Assembly (NCBI GenBank): GCA_964016885.1 | Contig: OZ024743.1 | Span: 186,682,001-186,746,000 of the forward strand | DNA from: Eledone cirrhosa | Lineage: Eukaryota | Direction: 5' to 3' | DNA length: 64,000 nucleotides | Shown: piece by piece, positions 32,890 to 45,859 of the stretch | Layout: every line of letters begins with the position of its first letter | Numbering within the stretch: position 1 is the first letter of the stretch | Program-made: the position numbers and the translations under genes | The notes under the pieces: model-generated | Seen by the model: the letters and a program-made list of their open reading frames with translations, nothing else | Databases searched by the model: none | Told to the model about the DNA's origin: nothing

Positions 32890-35800
32890 ACATTACTTAA
32901 TATATATTATATATTAAAGTATGGAGAAGAATTTATTCATAATAACAGTTTCAAATTCCTACTGTTATGATATCAGTGTCTTTGCAACTCACTGAAACAT
33001 TAGGAATTCATCAAGAATTTTTTCTGAAGACATGTTTACTTTAGGTTTTATTTTTTTCTTCAATTTTTGTTATACATTCCTTTTAAAATGGGTGCTTCTT
33101 AAATAATTCTTTTCAATTAGGAATAGTTTGGCCAAAAATGACTCATACGTTTTCTATCAGGGTACAACAGTTTTAATCCCAATTTAATTGTTTGTACTAT
33201 TCGTTCTGTAATTCCATTTGATTGCTACTGATATAGAGATATTTTGTAAGTAATGGCCACAGGTTTCCTGCTACCAAGAACAGAGATTTTCATCATGAAA
33301 TTTGAGGTGCATTGTTTGACACCATACCATTTGGCTCATCATTTAAGTTTAGATTATTTGTAAAAACCTATATTGCTGTTGAACTCTTCCTATCAGAAAC
33401 ATAAATAATTTAAGTCCACTAAGTAGCAATCTGATACCATTAACATATAGACATAATCCATGTGTACATGAGTTCAGGTATCTAATTCTTTGAACCATGG
33501 ATAACATCTATTCTTTTGAAAACTGTTATCTTAATACATTTAGAACATCTATGTATATATTTCTTAACATGCATGAGTAGCCAGGCAACTATGCTTTAGC
33601 TTTTATGTGATTGTATGTAGCAATAAGAGAACAATGGACACTTTTAATGATTTGCCTCCAAGATACTTCAGGTAGAACAATATCACATTTGCAATGAATA
33701 CTACTCTTCAGAGTTAATCTATGTTTAACATACTAACACTCTCAGCATTGTAATAATTATCCCAAACATTCATTCTTATTCTGAAATAATTTTTTCCAAG
33801 TAATAGATCAAGCAAAATTCTTGAAGCTAGGCTGTCAATGAACAACACATTAGTTCCTATCATGTATATGGAATTATGAGCATTTTCTAAACTAGTATCC
33901 TGTGGTTGCAGTATAAAGTGTCACTGAGAAAGTGTATTAGTGAGAGAAAACATTTTCATTGACATGTGTAATATCAAAATCAAATTCTGTCAGCTGTAGG
34001 ACCCTCCTGAGTATCATTAAAGATGTAACATATGGAAGTTCTTTACAAAGATTAAAGATGAATTCAAGAGGTCTATGATGAGATTTCTACCAAGCAAAAA
34101 TTGTAATACATGGTTTATGGTTCAAATATTCAGTGTAGATTATTTATTTTTTATCATCCTGATATATTATTTTATATATAGAAATAAAATCAACTCATTC
34201 TAAAATTTTTTTTTTACATCCTATAAAGAGCCTTTACCCTTACATGGACAGCTTATACCCTTATATGGACAAACTATTATTTTACTGACACATAACTCAT
34301 CTAAGAAAGGCCCCTGAAGGGATGTACTACATGGAGTGCTAATAGTGTTATTGGTTCTACCATATAGGTTAATACCAGTGTGTATGTATATATATATTAT
34401 ATGGTTTTCTGAAGAGGAATGAAAAAATACCACAGTTAAATAAGGTACTCAATGTATTAGTATAGAAGGTACAGATTTATTTTCATATAGAAATTAATAC
34501 TCAAGGACTAGTTCTGTTTCATTCATTTTACATCTCCAGCAATGCTGTACATGCATGCACACATGCTCACATACACACATACATATTGATGTATGAAGAG
34601 AAGTTTATTCAGAACAACAGTTTTGTATTTCTACGGGAACACAAAATATATCACTTTCTCTTCAATAAAATATTATCTAAATTATTAGTTTGCCTACTGT
34701 GCATTACTTGGTTTATGAAAACCTGACTAAGGCATTCATCGGTTTTAGTGATACTAACATTGCTTTTCACAAAGTAAAATAGAAGTAATTTGAAATGACA
34801 CCCTCTACCCAAGTATATTATGCTTACGCTATTAACCTGAAGGAATGAATGGAAACTAGTAAGACTTGATCTTGGAATAGAAAACAAAAAAAAAACAAAA
34901 AATATAGTAAAGCATTTAATACAGCAAGTCACTCTCTCAGCCACTTTTCTATCCAGTTATAATAATGTAAATTTCCATTTCAATATCTAAAAATTTGAGC
35001 TATTTCAATGGCACTGACATATTGATTGACATAACATGTGTAGTAATAGGAGAATGGAATCTTTAGAAAGAAGAGGAGAGGTTTAAGATCATGAAGTAAC
35101 ATAACAAGCTGTTGGCCTTCTTGGATTAGAAAAAAAAAAAAAATGAAATAAAAAGGTAACTAGTTGAAACAAATTTTAATTCAGAAATTTCTTTACATTG
35201 AATGCTTTCAATCCCCCCCCCCTCTCTCTCTATATATATATATATATGCAGCTTATGAAATACTTCCTTATATCATTTAAATAAGTTTTATGCAATCATT
35301 TGGAAATGAACAATGTTTCCTGTTTTGAAAGTAATGCATTAGAACATAAGTTTCTGGAGAAGCTTATAGATTTCTACTAAGAGAAACTGAAGAAAATGTT
35401 TTACATGTAGAAAATTCTGCAGCAACTAATAAATAGCTGATGATGAGGATGATAATAATAAAAAATATTATATAACAAGTAAAATAAAAGAATTAAAGAT
35501 ACTGGGAATGTTTTGAAAACACAGCAGCTATAAAGTAATACAAAGTGTATAATTTAAATAAATCTGCCAAACCTAAAGTGAAAGCAACAGAGACAAAAGA
35601 TGTACATGCCTAATTCATGACAGCTATATTGAAATAAATCATTTATTCACTAGTAAGATCTATATGACATTCAATAAAACAGAAGACAATAATGAGAACC
35701 ATTATGTTGCTATTGGAATAATATGGATGATATGAAGAATTTACTGATTACAGTGAGGTTAACATATCAAAACAGAGAAAGAAAATTTAATAAAACTTCA

Positions 35801-36487
35801 AATACAAATACAAAAACAAAGATCCAAATAATAAAATACAAAACTCAGAGACAGATGAATGAAAGAGAAAAAGAGAGAAAATAAAAGACAGGAAATAGGA
35901 TGAAAGAATGGTTTGGATAGCATTGATAAGGCATAGAGAAATGTTTCTTAGAAATTTCATTCAGTTAAAAGAAAATGGCAGTAAGTGAGAAGTATAAGAT
36001 GAATTAATGGCTGCTATTGATATAACAACTGGCTCTATCTTTGTATCCCAAACATATTCACATAAAAAATCAGATTTGCAAAAGATTACAAAAGACAGGA
36101 AATAACTTCATACTATAAAATGCTTCCTTATGCATGCATTTTACATACTAATGACCTAGTAAATAAGCTTTAAGTTAATTCTATATACATAGTATCTATA
36201 TATAAAATTAGGTGTGTATGTATACACACACATGCTCACACACACAGTCAGAAGTAAAAACTCAATCATATAGGGACATAAACATGTTTTCTGTACTAGA
36301 GAATGAAGAAGATATTTCAAGTGAAATCTGTCAACCACCTTCATCAACTATATAGAATGGTATTTAGCATATTAATAATGAACTGCTTCTTAAATTTTCA
36401 TGCTTTAATCCATGAATGCCATTGAATGTAGGCTTCTTGATATTGTATAATTATGTGTGTGTATATATATATATATATAATGCATAA

Positions 36488-37034
36488 GTGTAAGGTGGTT
36501 ATGCTGGTGTAATGAAAAAAAGCACCCAGTCCACCCTGTAAAGTGGTCGTTTTAGTGACATAACAAAGCACCTATTCCACCCTGTAAAGTGGTTGTATTG
36601 GTGATACAAGAAATAAGCACCCAGTTCACCCTGCAAGGTGGTCATGTTGGCGACATGTCAAATAAGCATCCAGTCCACCCTATAAGGTCGGTTGTGTTGG
36701 TGACTTTACAAAAAGCACTCACTGCACCCTGTAAAGTTGTTGCGTTGGTGGTTCAACAAAAAGCACCCAGCCCACCCTGTAATGGTGGTCATGTTGGTGA
36801 CACAAAAAAAATGCACCCAATCCAACGTGCCAGCTGGTTATTTTTGTGCCATAATAAAAATCCTCCCAGTTTATGCTGTAAGTGTGGTTGACATTAGAAA
36901 AGCATCCAGTCATAGAAACCATGCTAAAAACATCTCTGTATGAACAAGATAAAGTCACCTGACCTGACTTGTCTCAGAATGCCAGGACAACTTGTCTAAA
37001 CCATATTAGTGTGGAAAATGGACGTTAAATGATG

Positions 37035-37040
<6 letters not shown>
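36488..37040 (+). repeat. ~8 x 48-bp minisatellite inside an RTE-UTR-derived element
   Basis: 'ctgtaaagtgg...aaaagcacccagtccacc' recurs at ~36489, 36536, 36582, 36631, 36680, 36729, 36777, 36827 and 36876, followed by an RTE-type tail; (TA)n flanks. Confidence 0.85.
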
Positions 37041-37076
<36 letters not shown>

Positions 37077-37304
37077 CTCAATTTAAATGGTGCAGTTAAT
37101 GTAGATATCATGGCTGTTCATTGTTCTGTAACATCTGTTCCAACAGAGTTGACAGATATGTAAGCAGTGTTTTCAGAATCTGATGTCACTGCAGGGTCAA
37201 GGCATACATAATTCTTGAATCCTTGATGCTGGTGTGAGGCTGGTTTGACAAGTATACTTAATGAATATGTTATTCTGTACACTGCCAAAAACATTTATAT
37301 TTTT

Positions 37305-37495
37305 ATAAAGACTGCATTGATATGGCCATGTGATGCATAATATGGATGAGAGCTGCACAAAGAAGTGCATGGCACTCAAAATGGAAAAGGAAGATTTAGA
37401 AGAACATGGAATGAAATCATAAAGGCTGACTTTGAAAAGCTGGACACAGAATCAAGATGGCTGGTGATTATCATACTACAGAAGACCTACATCCC
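37305..37495 (+). mobile_element. Degenerate RTE ORF 3' remnant
   Basis: RLH*YGHVMHNMDESCTKKCMAL resembles RLRWYGHVMRMKDDSCIKKCRA. Confidence 0.65.
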
Positions 37496-38329
37496 TATAC
37501 AGGCAGAATAAAATAAGAATGAGGAGGATGGCTGTAAAAGGCAGATAGATGTAACAACATTCAGGTTACCTCTTCCATCACCCCCTTCTCCCTACCTACC
37601 CCTCACACTCTTGATCTCTCCCACCATAGTTACCCTTAACCCATTCAGTCTCCCCAGACCCATTCACATCCTTGACTCCATGAGAATGGGGAAGATGGCC
37701 ATAAAAGGCAGAAAGATGGAAGAAAACTATTAGTTATCTAAGTCCAAGATTAATGAACACATACAAACACAAATGTTCACTTACACATACACATTGTTAA
37801 TCAGTGATTAATTCTTGGTAAAATAAGATTATGATTAAAATATTGAATATTTCATATGATACATAGTAAACAAACTATCTTTTTAAAGGAAGAGTAAGAT
37901 CAATATATTCATTGACAACTGCTGAACCCTTCTTCCACTGTAGCCACCACTAGAATTTACAGGTGCATAGGACAAGAAGGGATAATCAGCAATTCTAATA
38001 TTCATATTGAAAATGCTGTTTTATGACTCTCTGCTATGGATTTAGAGGTTTACACGTTATTTTTTAAATTGATGAATTTTAAAACAATCTTTATTTTAAA
38101 AATAAAAATGGCTTAGACATTATAATACAATAGGAGGAAACATAATAGTACCACTGATGATCTCATAGGTGTGTGATGAAAGAACTTTGATAGACTATAT
38201 ATTTATATCTGTATTTTTAACCTTTGGTCAATCAATGAGAAACATTGATTGCCAGATAAATTAACAAAGGAGATATAAAAGATACAGAAGCGAAAAACCA
38301 ATCCAAACCAAACAATGAGTGTGTTTTAT

Positions 38330-38512
38330 TATTGCGGTGAATTGGCAGAATTGGTCGGACACCATGCTTTGATGCATAGAGTTACGGCCCTTGCTATTCT
38401 GAGTTCAAATTCCGCCAAGGTTAACTTTGCCTTACAGGGCCAATAAAATAAAGTACCAGTAATGCACTGGTTAATTGCTGGCCTTGTCCCAAAAATAGAA
38501 ACAATTATTATT
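38330..38512 (+). mobile_element. Nin/Deu-domain SINE nested in an unclassified repeat
   Basis: tRNA-like head, 'gagttcaaattccgccaaggttaactttgcc', (ATT)n tail; interrupts the homologue of 14095-14208. Confidence 0.85.
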
Positions 38513-40143
38513 TCTAGCAATATTATAACAATATGACCCTTCCCAAGTATAACAATATTTATTTTTTAAGTTATCGGTCTAAAATGCACTATTAAAGTTG
38601 TGTAGTTATTTTCTAAACTAACTAACTAACTAAATAGGTGGATAAATAGATAAATCTTGCAATGCTCTAACAAAATTGCTGCAAGTAACTTTTGATTGTT
38701 ACATGAAAACATGTTCTCACAACAACTGTTATTGTGAAATAAACCAATGAAATAGAGAAAAAGGCTAACAAATTATCAAATATAGTTTAACAACAGCCAT
38801 TAAAATTTAGATAATACCTCGCTCAAACTTTCTTTTTAAATATTTCACTCCTCTAGTCACATTAAACTTTTACATTATCTTCGTATTAGCAATTTTATAT
38901 AAATGATTTTAAATTAAAAAATAAATTAATAAAAATTAGCTATAAAACATAGAAAAAAATAAAATAATATTATTCAAATAACTATGAAACTAAATAAAAA
39001 AGGGTTATTAAAGTCCAGCCACTATTCTAAATATTTTCCAGTATGTGTGCCAAATTTGCTTGTTACTCATAGCTTAGAGGAATCAATTTTTACAAATGGC
39101 TGCACTCCAATGGCTGAATTAATTGATAACTACAGGAGGAATGCAGTTAAGAGTACAAGAATAATATTAGACATTTTACAATTTCAAACATAAATGGTAG
39201 TTTGGATAGTATTTTTTATTAACATCACTATAATCACCAATGCCACAACTAGTAAATACTATCTTGATGTGCATTACGAATGATAATTAAAAAAAAACAA
39301 AAGAGAAGAATATAAATAAAAACACAGCAACAACATATTTTACATACTTTATATTTTCCAGCCATCCTTTTACAATTTTTGGCTGAATAAGCCTCTTTTT
39401 CAATTATACATCTGTCATACACTCATAATCATTACCTACAGCATTCTTATAGTGCAGTACTGACATATTTTTAGTGGTTATTTTTGTGAATCATCACTTA
39501 TCAACAGACAAATGGAACCAAGCTAATTCCGTTCAATATTCTCACAGCATTGACCAACAAAAACAAACAAGATCTGGAGAGCTGCATTTTTGGCAGTTCT
39601 GTTCAACTAGATCTAATTGTTATAGAAAAGAGCTGCATGGAATATTGATTTCCATCTCCATTGCTAAAGCAGATGAAAAAGAGGCTATATTGGCTGGATT
39701 TATTGATCTGATTAGACAAATACATACATTCATATCTGTTTATATATATGAATAAAGAAAATATATACAGATATATATATATATATATATATATACATTC
39801 ATACATGCACTTTTATACATATATATCATTTAGAGAATTAGGTGATAGACTTACACACTCACATGCATACACATAGGGGTAGAAACAAACATATACATGC
39901 ATATTTGTCTGTAAAGTCTCACACACACACGCATATATATATATACACACACAAATTGTGAGAGAAACGAAGACACAGACATACACAACCCAAACAGAGA
40001 CATGCACACACACACACACACATCATTATCATCACCATTTATCGTCCATTTTTCCATGCTAGCATGGGTTAGACGAGTTGTCCTTTTGTGGGACAAGCCA
40101 GGTCAGATGACCATGTCTTGCTGATACATACATATATATATAT

Positions 40144-40926
40144 ATCATCATCATCGTTTAACGTCCATCTTCCACGCTTGCATGGGTTTCGACGGGAGTT
40201 TTCCCACTTGAGGCAAGAGTGGTTGTCTTACTAGCATACGACTGTCAGGCGGTTTTTCTACAGCTGGATGCCCTTCGTAACACCAACCACGTTTACAGTG
40301 TGGACTGGGAGGTTTTTACCGTGTTACCTACACGGCCACATTACAGCGTGGACTGTGTGTTTTTTTGTCGTGACACCTACACGACCTCATTTATTTCGGA
40401 CTGGATGTTGTGGTACCAACATAACTTTACATCGAAAGGGGTGGTGTGGATGGGGTGGGGGTAGTGGGACGGGGGTGTATTTTTGTTAGAGGTGCCTACT
40501 GACTGTAGTAGGTTTCACTTTGTACTTAGGTAAGGCGGGTCTTCTGTATTACTGTGTAGCGCCAAAGATCTCGGTCGAGTGACATTGTCTTGGAGAGGTG
40601 TAAGTGTGTGAGGGCGGAATTTATCAAGTCGTCCCAGGTTTTTCTGGGTCTGCCTACTCCGTGGCTACCGTCTATTTTTATTGCCCTGCACTTTTTTATA
40701 CAGCTGTCGTCTTTCATGCGCATCACGTGACCATACCAACGTAGTCTTCTCTCGAGTAAACAACATCTGATCCCTCTTATTTCTAATTTTTCCCTTAGTT
40801 CGTTTATGCTTTGCCATTCACGTATATTACTATTACACATCCAACGGAGCATGCAAGCTTCATTCCTCTCCAGTCTGCGTATATCCTCTGCACACAATGC
40901 CCAGGTCTCACTGCCATGTAACATTG

Positions 40927-40928
<2 letters not shown>
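40144..40928 (-). mobile_element. RTE LINE 3' fragment, same subfamily as 9039-10712
   Basis: AMLHGSETWALCAEDIRRLERNEACMLRWMC...RLT* nearly identical to the first copy; UTR and (GAT)n tail; (TA)n on both sides. Confidence 0.95.
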
Positions 40929-40978
<50 letters not shown>

Positions 40979-43814
40979 GCATATATATATATATATATAT
41001 ACACTAAATAAATATTAATGTTAAAATTACTATATGCATATCTGTGTATAACAAATATAGGTGTGAATATGTGTGTGTCTCTGTGTATAGATTGAAATGT
41101 CTGCAAAATGTTGAAAAATATCTTGAGATATCTATAAATGTACATACACTAACATGCAAATACATACATAATCACACATACAGAATCTCTCAAGCATAGA
41201 CATAGTTACAGGAATTTTCATTAGGTCTGATTAGAGTGTTATATAAACTAATGATTATTTACCATTCAGCTATTTGGCAACAATTTCGTTGCATCATAAG
41301 CAAGACAATATTCATTGACTAATACTAAATCTTTCTTTCTTTCATAGTGCCATCAATGAGGAAGACTTATAATTAATACATTGTGAGGTTTATATGTGTA
41401 TTCTCAGCAAATGTCTTAAAGTCAATATAAACCTAATTTTATGCAGCTTTGAATTGCTTATGCAAAGTTATATGTTTTATTTTCTGAGGGAATACTATAA
41501 ATATAGGATATTCTATTCTATGAAAGCTTTTCATTCAGGTAATACAACAGATACATTAATTTGACTACACCAATAAAAATGAAATAGTTGACTGAGCTTT
41601 CAGCTATGTACAATATGTCTATAATTAGGCTAATAGATGTTCTGTCTTGATATTATCATGTGAATATCAATAAAGACAGTTAATATATATTTGGTATTCT
41701 AATATAAACTTAAATAAACAGCAACATCAAATATTTTAGAGTAGGTTTATATAATTTTTATGTCAAGAAATAGTTTTATATTTTTAATATAAATGATTAA
41801 GAGTATCCAAGAATAAAAGAAAACTGCTTTATTTGAAAGTCGTTATCTGTTTTAATTTTATCAGATATGATTGAAACAGCTTATTACATTGAAGGCTTGT
41901 TTCAATTATGTCTATGCTTATAACATTGAACAGACTATGGTAGCTGGTTCATATTCCATCTCTGTATAATCACATAGAGGTCATCATTTTGTAGGAAACA
42001 AATGGCATTGTATTAAATCGAATAAACTACAAAACGAAACATTCATATAGATGTGTGTATCATGTGCATGTCAAAAGAGTAGCTTCACTTTTCATACATT
42101 GATACACATTGATACATACATTACGAAAGACATTCACTCTCACATATTATATATACTAGCAGAAAACACTCAGAAGCTAGAGTTTCTGCTGGTATATTCA
42201 ATAATTCTTAGTTGGTATTAATTCCTTTACATTTAACTGTCTGAACTTTAAAAGTTTTATTTTTATTCCGCACTCCCAGTATTACCTTTGTAGTACCCAG
42301 ACTGGGAACCACAGGTCAAGTTCAAGATTGATTCAGTTAATTGCAAATTAGTATTTAGGGAGGAAAATACTTTGACAACGAAAGGGAGTTTGAAAAGAAA
42401 TCTGCCAATCTGATCAGTAACAAATAGGTTAAACATTTTTTGAGAAATACATTTGGGTGCACAAGACTGAATAAACCAATATATATATAAAGAAAGGGAA
42501 GAGAGATGGTATTACATATTCAACCTCGTTTTATTCCATTATGTTATCCTGTTAATCCTGTTATGCACATTTCAGAGGTACAGCAAGGTCATTATTCAGC
42601 GATTATTCAATACATTTTCGTCAGACAGGAAGTTCGAACGTAAATAAAAATAAAACGTAAATAAAAATAAAAATAAAGTTTGCTTTTGTTGATATGCAAC
42701 TGTGGAAGATGGGTTTATATTTTCGCATTTGACAAGCATATTGTTGATAGATTGATTAGATCAGCCAACATTGATTATCATATTACACACACACACGTGT
42801 GTGTGTGTGTAAAAAGTAAACAGAAAAGCAAACGACATAGTACAATGAAGAATTATATTAGTTTAATGCTTGAAATAATAGGAAAAGTGTCTCAATGTTT
42901 CGGACATTAGTCCTTCCTCAGAAGATAGAATGAGAAATAAAAGAGAAAATAGAAAAGTAGAGAATGAGAAAAGAAAGGGATGGAAAAAATTGAGAAAAAC
43001 AACAACATATGTATTCAGTCAACCATTTATATGTGTGTGTAGGATATCCATAGATAAAAAGCCAAGGAAAACGATGCTTAATTTCTTACAAGAGAGCTTA
43101 TTTAGTGTAATTAAAATTTCATACACTTAAGATGTATGTGTAACCTTGGGTTTTAGGGTCGAGTTATGGCCACCACTGGAGCCATTTCAATGATGCCCTC
43201 TCATCAAGCATCAAGACAGAATTGTGAAAAAAACAAAACAAATACTGTTAGTCCTCTAAATTTGGTATTAATACAATGGAGAGGTCTTTTCGAGAACAAG
43301 GGAGGCAATTCTTGAGTTCTGAATTTTTTGGGGCTAGACACTTTGAAACGTGTATGTGTAATGTGCATCTGACTTGAGTTGTAAGGTAATCATCTAAAAA
43401 ACTTAAACACTTTAAAGGAGTTCATTATAAATAGAGATGGTAGATTGTTAACGCTTGAGGGGCTAAGTGAAGTAACTTCTGATGGGATATATTTACAAAT
43501 GGTTGTATGTAATATAGTATGCAAGTTATTTTTCAAACATTTAAATCTCTTCTAAAAGCTTCCCAATAATTAAAATCTGAACATAAAAAAAAATGTTTTA
43601 ATTGTATGTTTGTTAGCTAGTGTGTAATGTGATTTTGTAAGGCTAAAACCGCTTTCAACAATCTATTATGTTGTGTGAATGTGTAAGTAAATGTGATGTG
43701 TTTAATGTTTTGTGCATGACTGAGAGGAATAGGTGCATGGAGGAGTTCGCAGGTCTGGTGAGGGGGGATCTTGTGGTGTGGGTTTCCAGTTGGACAGGAG
43801 ATGGCCCTTCTGAT

Positions 43815-44200
43815 GCACACATAAACCCTACCATAAACTGAATGAGAGGCTAAAATATATCAACTGAGGATCCTTCCAACTACCTATGGTGCCTAACATT
43901 AGTCATAAAATCTTGAAGTTAACATCAAAAAGAGTATTATTTAAGAAGGTAGTGCCATACTACAACAAGGCCCTTCGAGATAGTAGATTTAGAGAAGAAA
44001 TCAAATACATGCCTGATAGACCCTCACCTAGGAATAGAAATAGGAAAAGAAAAATAATCTGGTTCACTCCTCCATTCTCACTTAATGTGAAGATCACTGT
44101 AAGTGAGAGATTCTTAGACCTAATTGATTTACCCCACACCATAAATACAGTAAGATCTTCTATCAACATTTAGTGAGAATATCTTATTCTTGTCCAGCAT
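43815..44200 (+). pseudogene. Penelope-like element RT thumb/linker fragment
   Basis: HKPYHK..ERLKYIN*...VPYYNKALRDSRF...RKRKIIWFTPPFSLNVK matches the PLE pattern YKPYRKPN...RKRNIIWFNPPYSxNVKT. Confidence 0.8.
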
Positions 44201-44404
44201 CCATGAGATGGTGAGCAAGTATAAACAAACCAGATGAGAAGTATTTAACTATGTTTCTGCACCAACCACGAGATACCACATCTATGATGGATGACTCATA
44301 TACCATTGAGTACTTTTGTTTATTGCATCATGATCTGCTAATGAGAGTGACCAGATCTACCAATTAGTAAAATCCTCAAACTTAAATATACTATATATAT
44401 ATCT

Positions 44405-44575
44405 TATTCTCTTCTTCTTCATCCACTTATTTCTGAGGGTGTTGTGGGGGTAGAGTTCTCAAACACTCCCTCCAGTAAGTCCTGTCAGAAGCAACCATTT
44501 TCAACTGATCTGGCTGGATCCCCAAGCGTGACCAGCCAAGCTCATGGATGTTATCCAACCATCTTTCTCAGGGTC
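44405..44575 (-). mobile_element. 3' end of the second RTE family ((GAA)n tail)
   Basis: Reverse complement of ~62330-62470. Confidence 0.75.
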
Positions 44576-45249
44576 TACAAAATGATTGGATAAAATCCAT
44601 CAGTTGGAGATGGTTGCTTCTGACAGTTTTTCTTTCATGATAAAGTTTAGAATTAATACCAATAAACACTGCAAAGACTTTCATAGATTAGATTGAAAAT
44701 ATTATATAAACTGGAAGGACACAATAAAGTTGGAATTGAGACTGATTGTGAGGATTGTTTCTGATTTCAGTGATGTCTGTAAATAGTGAAAAATCAATGG
44801 AGATTAATTAGAGGTGTCGCTATTTTAACAGATCGAAATATTGGCTTTGGGTAAAATTGTTTTCCAGTTTACAAACAGAAGTTAAAGACATAACTGAAAG
44901 AATATAAATGTTATAAGTTAGAAGCTTCAATCAAGAATATAAAACAGATAATTTTAGATGAAAATTTAAATAGAATATCTAAAGTTCTGAATAATTATTA
45001 GCTAATATTCCCTTCTTGTTATTTGCAAGTTATATAAAAATCTATAATAGTGTTCTAATAATCTGCTATAATTTGCTGCTAAGTTTCACTGAAGTCATTA
45101 AAAGTGTTAATAACTAATATTCAACACAGCAAGAAAATCTGAAATGGTTTAATAAAGAATTACACTGACTCTTGCTTTGCTACTGAAGTTACATAAATTC
45201 CTGGGTATATCTGAGGCACTGATTTCTATAGCACCAGGTCTTTTCCTAT

Positions 45250-45850
45250 CAGCTCTAGGAAAAGTGTTGAGGAGAGGGAGAAAGAGGGAAGGGAAGAAAG
45301 GGGAAGGTCAGATAAAGTGACATGAGAAGGGTTGAAGAGAGATTATGAAGGATAAAAAAGGCAAAAGAGACTGACAGAAACCAAATGACAGAGAAAGAGA
45401 TAGAATGAGGGGGAAAGAGGGGGAAAGTGAAGAAGGGAAGGAAGTTGGGTAAAGTGACACAAGGAAGAAGAGGGGTTATGAAAGATAAAAAGGGCAAAAC
45501 AGATTCAAAGAGGCCAAATGAGGGAATAAAATGGGAAGAGCGGAAAGGGGAGGAATGTTGGGTAATGAGACATAAATATGGGAAAAGGGGTTGAGAAGTA
45601 GAAAAATGGCAAAGAGATTGAAAGAGGGGAAAATTGGGTGATGAAGGGGAAGAGGAGGAAGGAAAGGAAAGGGAGTAAAGGTTGATAAAGAGACATATGG
45701 GAAAAATAGGGTTAACAAGGATAGAGTGTGCAAAATAGACTGAAAGAGGTCAAATAATGGTGAAAGAGAAGAGAAGGAAAGAGAATGATGAGCGGGTAGA
45801 AGGGAGGAAGCTGATGTGGCTGGATAAAATGACATAAAAAGGTTGGAAGA
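45250..45850 (+). repeat. Purine-rich low-complexity tract
   Basis: ~600 bp strongly A/G-biased on the + strand, with degenerate recurring 'gggtaaagtgaca' motifs. Confidence 0.7.
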
Positions 45851-45859
45851 GTGCTACAA

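Noticed and set aside
36488-36900. CRISPR-like regularly spaced repeats
   Set aside because: Whole units are homologous with no unique spacers, they derive from the RTE 3' UTR, there are no cas genes, and the context is eukaryotic.
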